64,000 bases of DNA from a virus, in IMG/VR virus record IMGVR_UViG_3300028597_000007. The stretch is one strand, 5' to 3'. The notes below the pieces were generated by a model. That model was not told the DNA's origin. It was given only the letters and a program-made list of their open reading frames with translations, and searched no databases. Shown one piece after another: positions 63,107 to 64,000 of this stretch. Made by a program: the position numbers and the translations under genes. Each line of letters begins with the position of its first letter. Position 1 is the stretch's first letter.

Positions 63107-64000
63107 ATGAAGATGATCACTGAGAACCTGACAGAGGAGTTGTTTACCGACGACCCTCTGATTCCCAAGGGGATCATCACGGCCTACGAGACGATCAAAC
63201 GAGATCGAATGGTAAGCCAAGAGATGGTGAGCCCCTACATCCAGAACTTCCCGATGAACGTGTCGCTCAGCAACTTTACCGTTGAGCCATCGGAGAAAGG
63301 ATTGGAAATCGCGCTGGAAGGCTTTGCGGTGCTGTTTAAGGTGACTGCCGGTGTTTTGCTGGTGTCTGCCCTGGGTGTGTGCATCTTCAACTTCATACGC
63401 TCCCGTAAAGCGGCTGAAGCCACTGCAGATGCGGCCACCAATGGTGTACTCCTGCATAAGGAAATCACCAAGCTGGTTCAGGGTATCCGTGCAGCCAAAG
63501 GCTTCCATGACCGTACCATCAAGATCAAGGCAAGTGACATCCCGCTGGGTCCAACCCGGCGTGCCTTGGGCCTGCATGGCGAGATTATCTACCCCGAGTG
63601 GGCAGATCGTTTCTACGCCTACGGTCACGACCAGCACTTCACCAACGCCATTGCCTCCAAGGTAGCAACCGGTCAGTTCTTCAGCATCACCGAGCATCTC
63701 ATGACGCCGATGGCTGATTACATGTCGGATCTGGCAGGTCGTGTCAAGCAGCTGACCAAGATGGTGGATAACCTCCCAGCCACCATCAACTCCGGTCGCC
63801 TGGAACAGGTCGCTCGTGACATCGAGCAACTGGACACCCGTTCTATCCGTGGCACGTTCCTGGGTCACCTCGAACGAGTTTATGGCAAAGAGCTGCCGCA
63901 GCCTCGGGTAACCTTCCAAGCCAACAGCGCGGAGTTACTAGATGCACGGGTAACGGCGCTGAAGGAGTTCTACGACAGCACTCGGGACGACAAGAAGTTC
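63107..64000 (+). CDS. virion head/inner-body protein, 3'-truncated by the window edge (not in the ORF track)
   Basis: Open frame from ATG 63107 to the window end; FTVEPSEKGLEIALEGF contains the A-x-E prohead protease site, followed by a hydrophobic helix. Confidence 0.8.
   Translation, partial: MKMITENLTEELFTDDPLIPKGIITAYETIKRDRMVSQEMVSPYIQNFPMNVSLSNFTVEPSEKGLEIALEGFAVLFKVTAGVLLVSALGVCIFNFIRSRKAAEATADAATNGVLLHKEITKLVQGIRAAKGFHDRTIKIKASDIPLGPTRRALGLHGEIIYPEWADRFYAYGHDQHFTNAIASKVATGQFFSITEHLMTPMADYMSDLAGRVKQLTKMVDNLPATINSGRLEQVARDIEQLDTRSIRGTFLGHLERVYGKELPQPRVTFQANSAELLDARVTALKEFYDSTRDDKKF

Noticed and set aside
1-64000. tRNA genes, CRISPR arrays, transposases, inteins
   Set aside because: None recognised by eye; tRNAscan-SE and intein HMM searches would be needed to exclude them formally

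Overview
64 kb from the genome of a nucleus-forming jumbo phage (Chimalliviridae, phiKZ/EL-like). Abundant genes show a strong bias to C/G-ending codons, which suggests a GC-rich host. 1-17.5 kb is an accessory region of mostly hypothetical genes. It includes a SLOG/DprA-like protein, an HslV-like Ntn peptidase, a prohead-protease paralog lacking its catalytic His, small Cys-cluster proteins and a hairpin-rich non-coding island at about 15.0-15.5 kb. The core block follows: PhuZ tubulin, a tandem run of small acidic genes, a CYTH protein, the two halves of a split family-B DNA polymerase, chimallin (ChmA), the non-virion RNA polymerase subunits (beta-prime N, gp68-like, beta C, beta-prime C), SbcD, ChmC-like and PicA-like genes, an SF2 helicase, a virion RNAP subunit and the first head-protein genes. 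About nine copies of a phage promoter motif and about 18 terminators sharing GGCATA/TTATGC flanks are visible. The main leads are a candidate -1 ribosomal frameshift (T TTT TTC, 58636-58642) fusing two putative assembly-chaperone ORFs, a divergent paralog array at 21.5-27.2 kb, a C-terminal GRG[F/Y] motif shared by PicA, the gp70-like protein and one array member, and structured RNAs directly after phuZ and chmA. phiKZ gp correspondences come from synteny and recalled motifs, not from database searches. No tRNA, CRISPR array, intron or integrase was seen.
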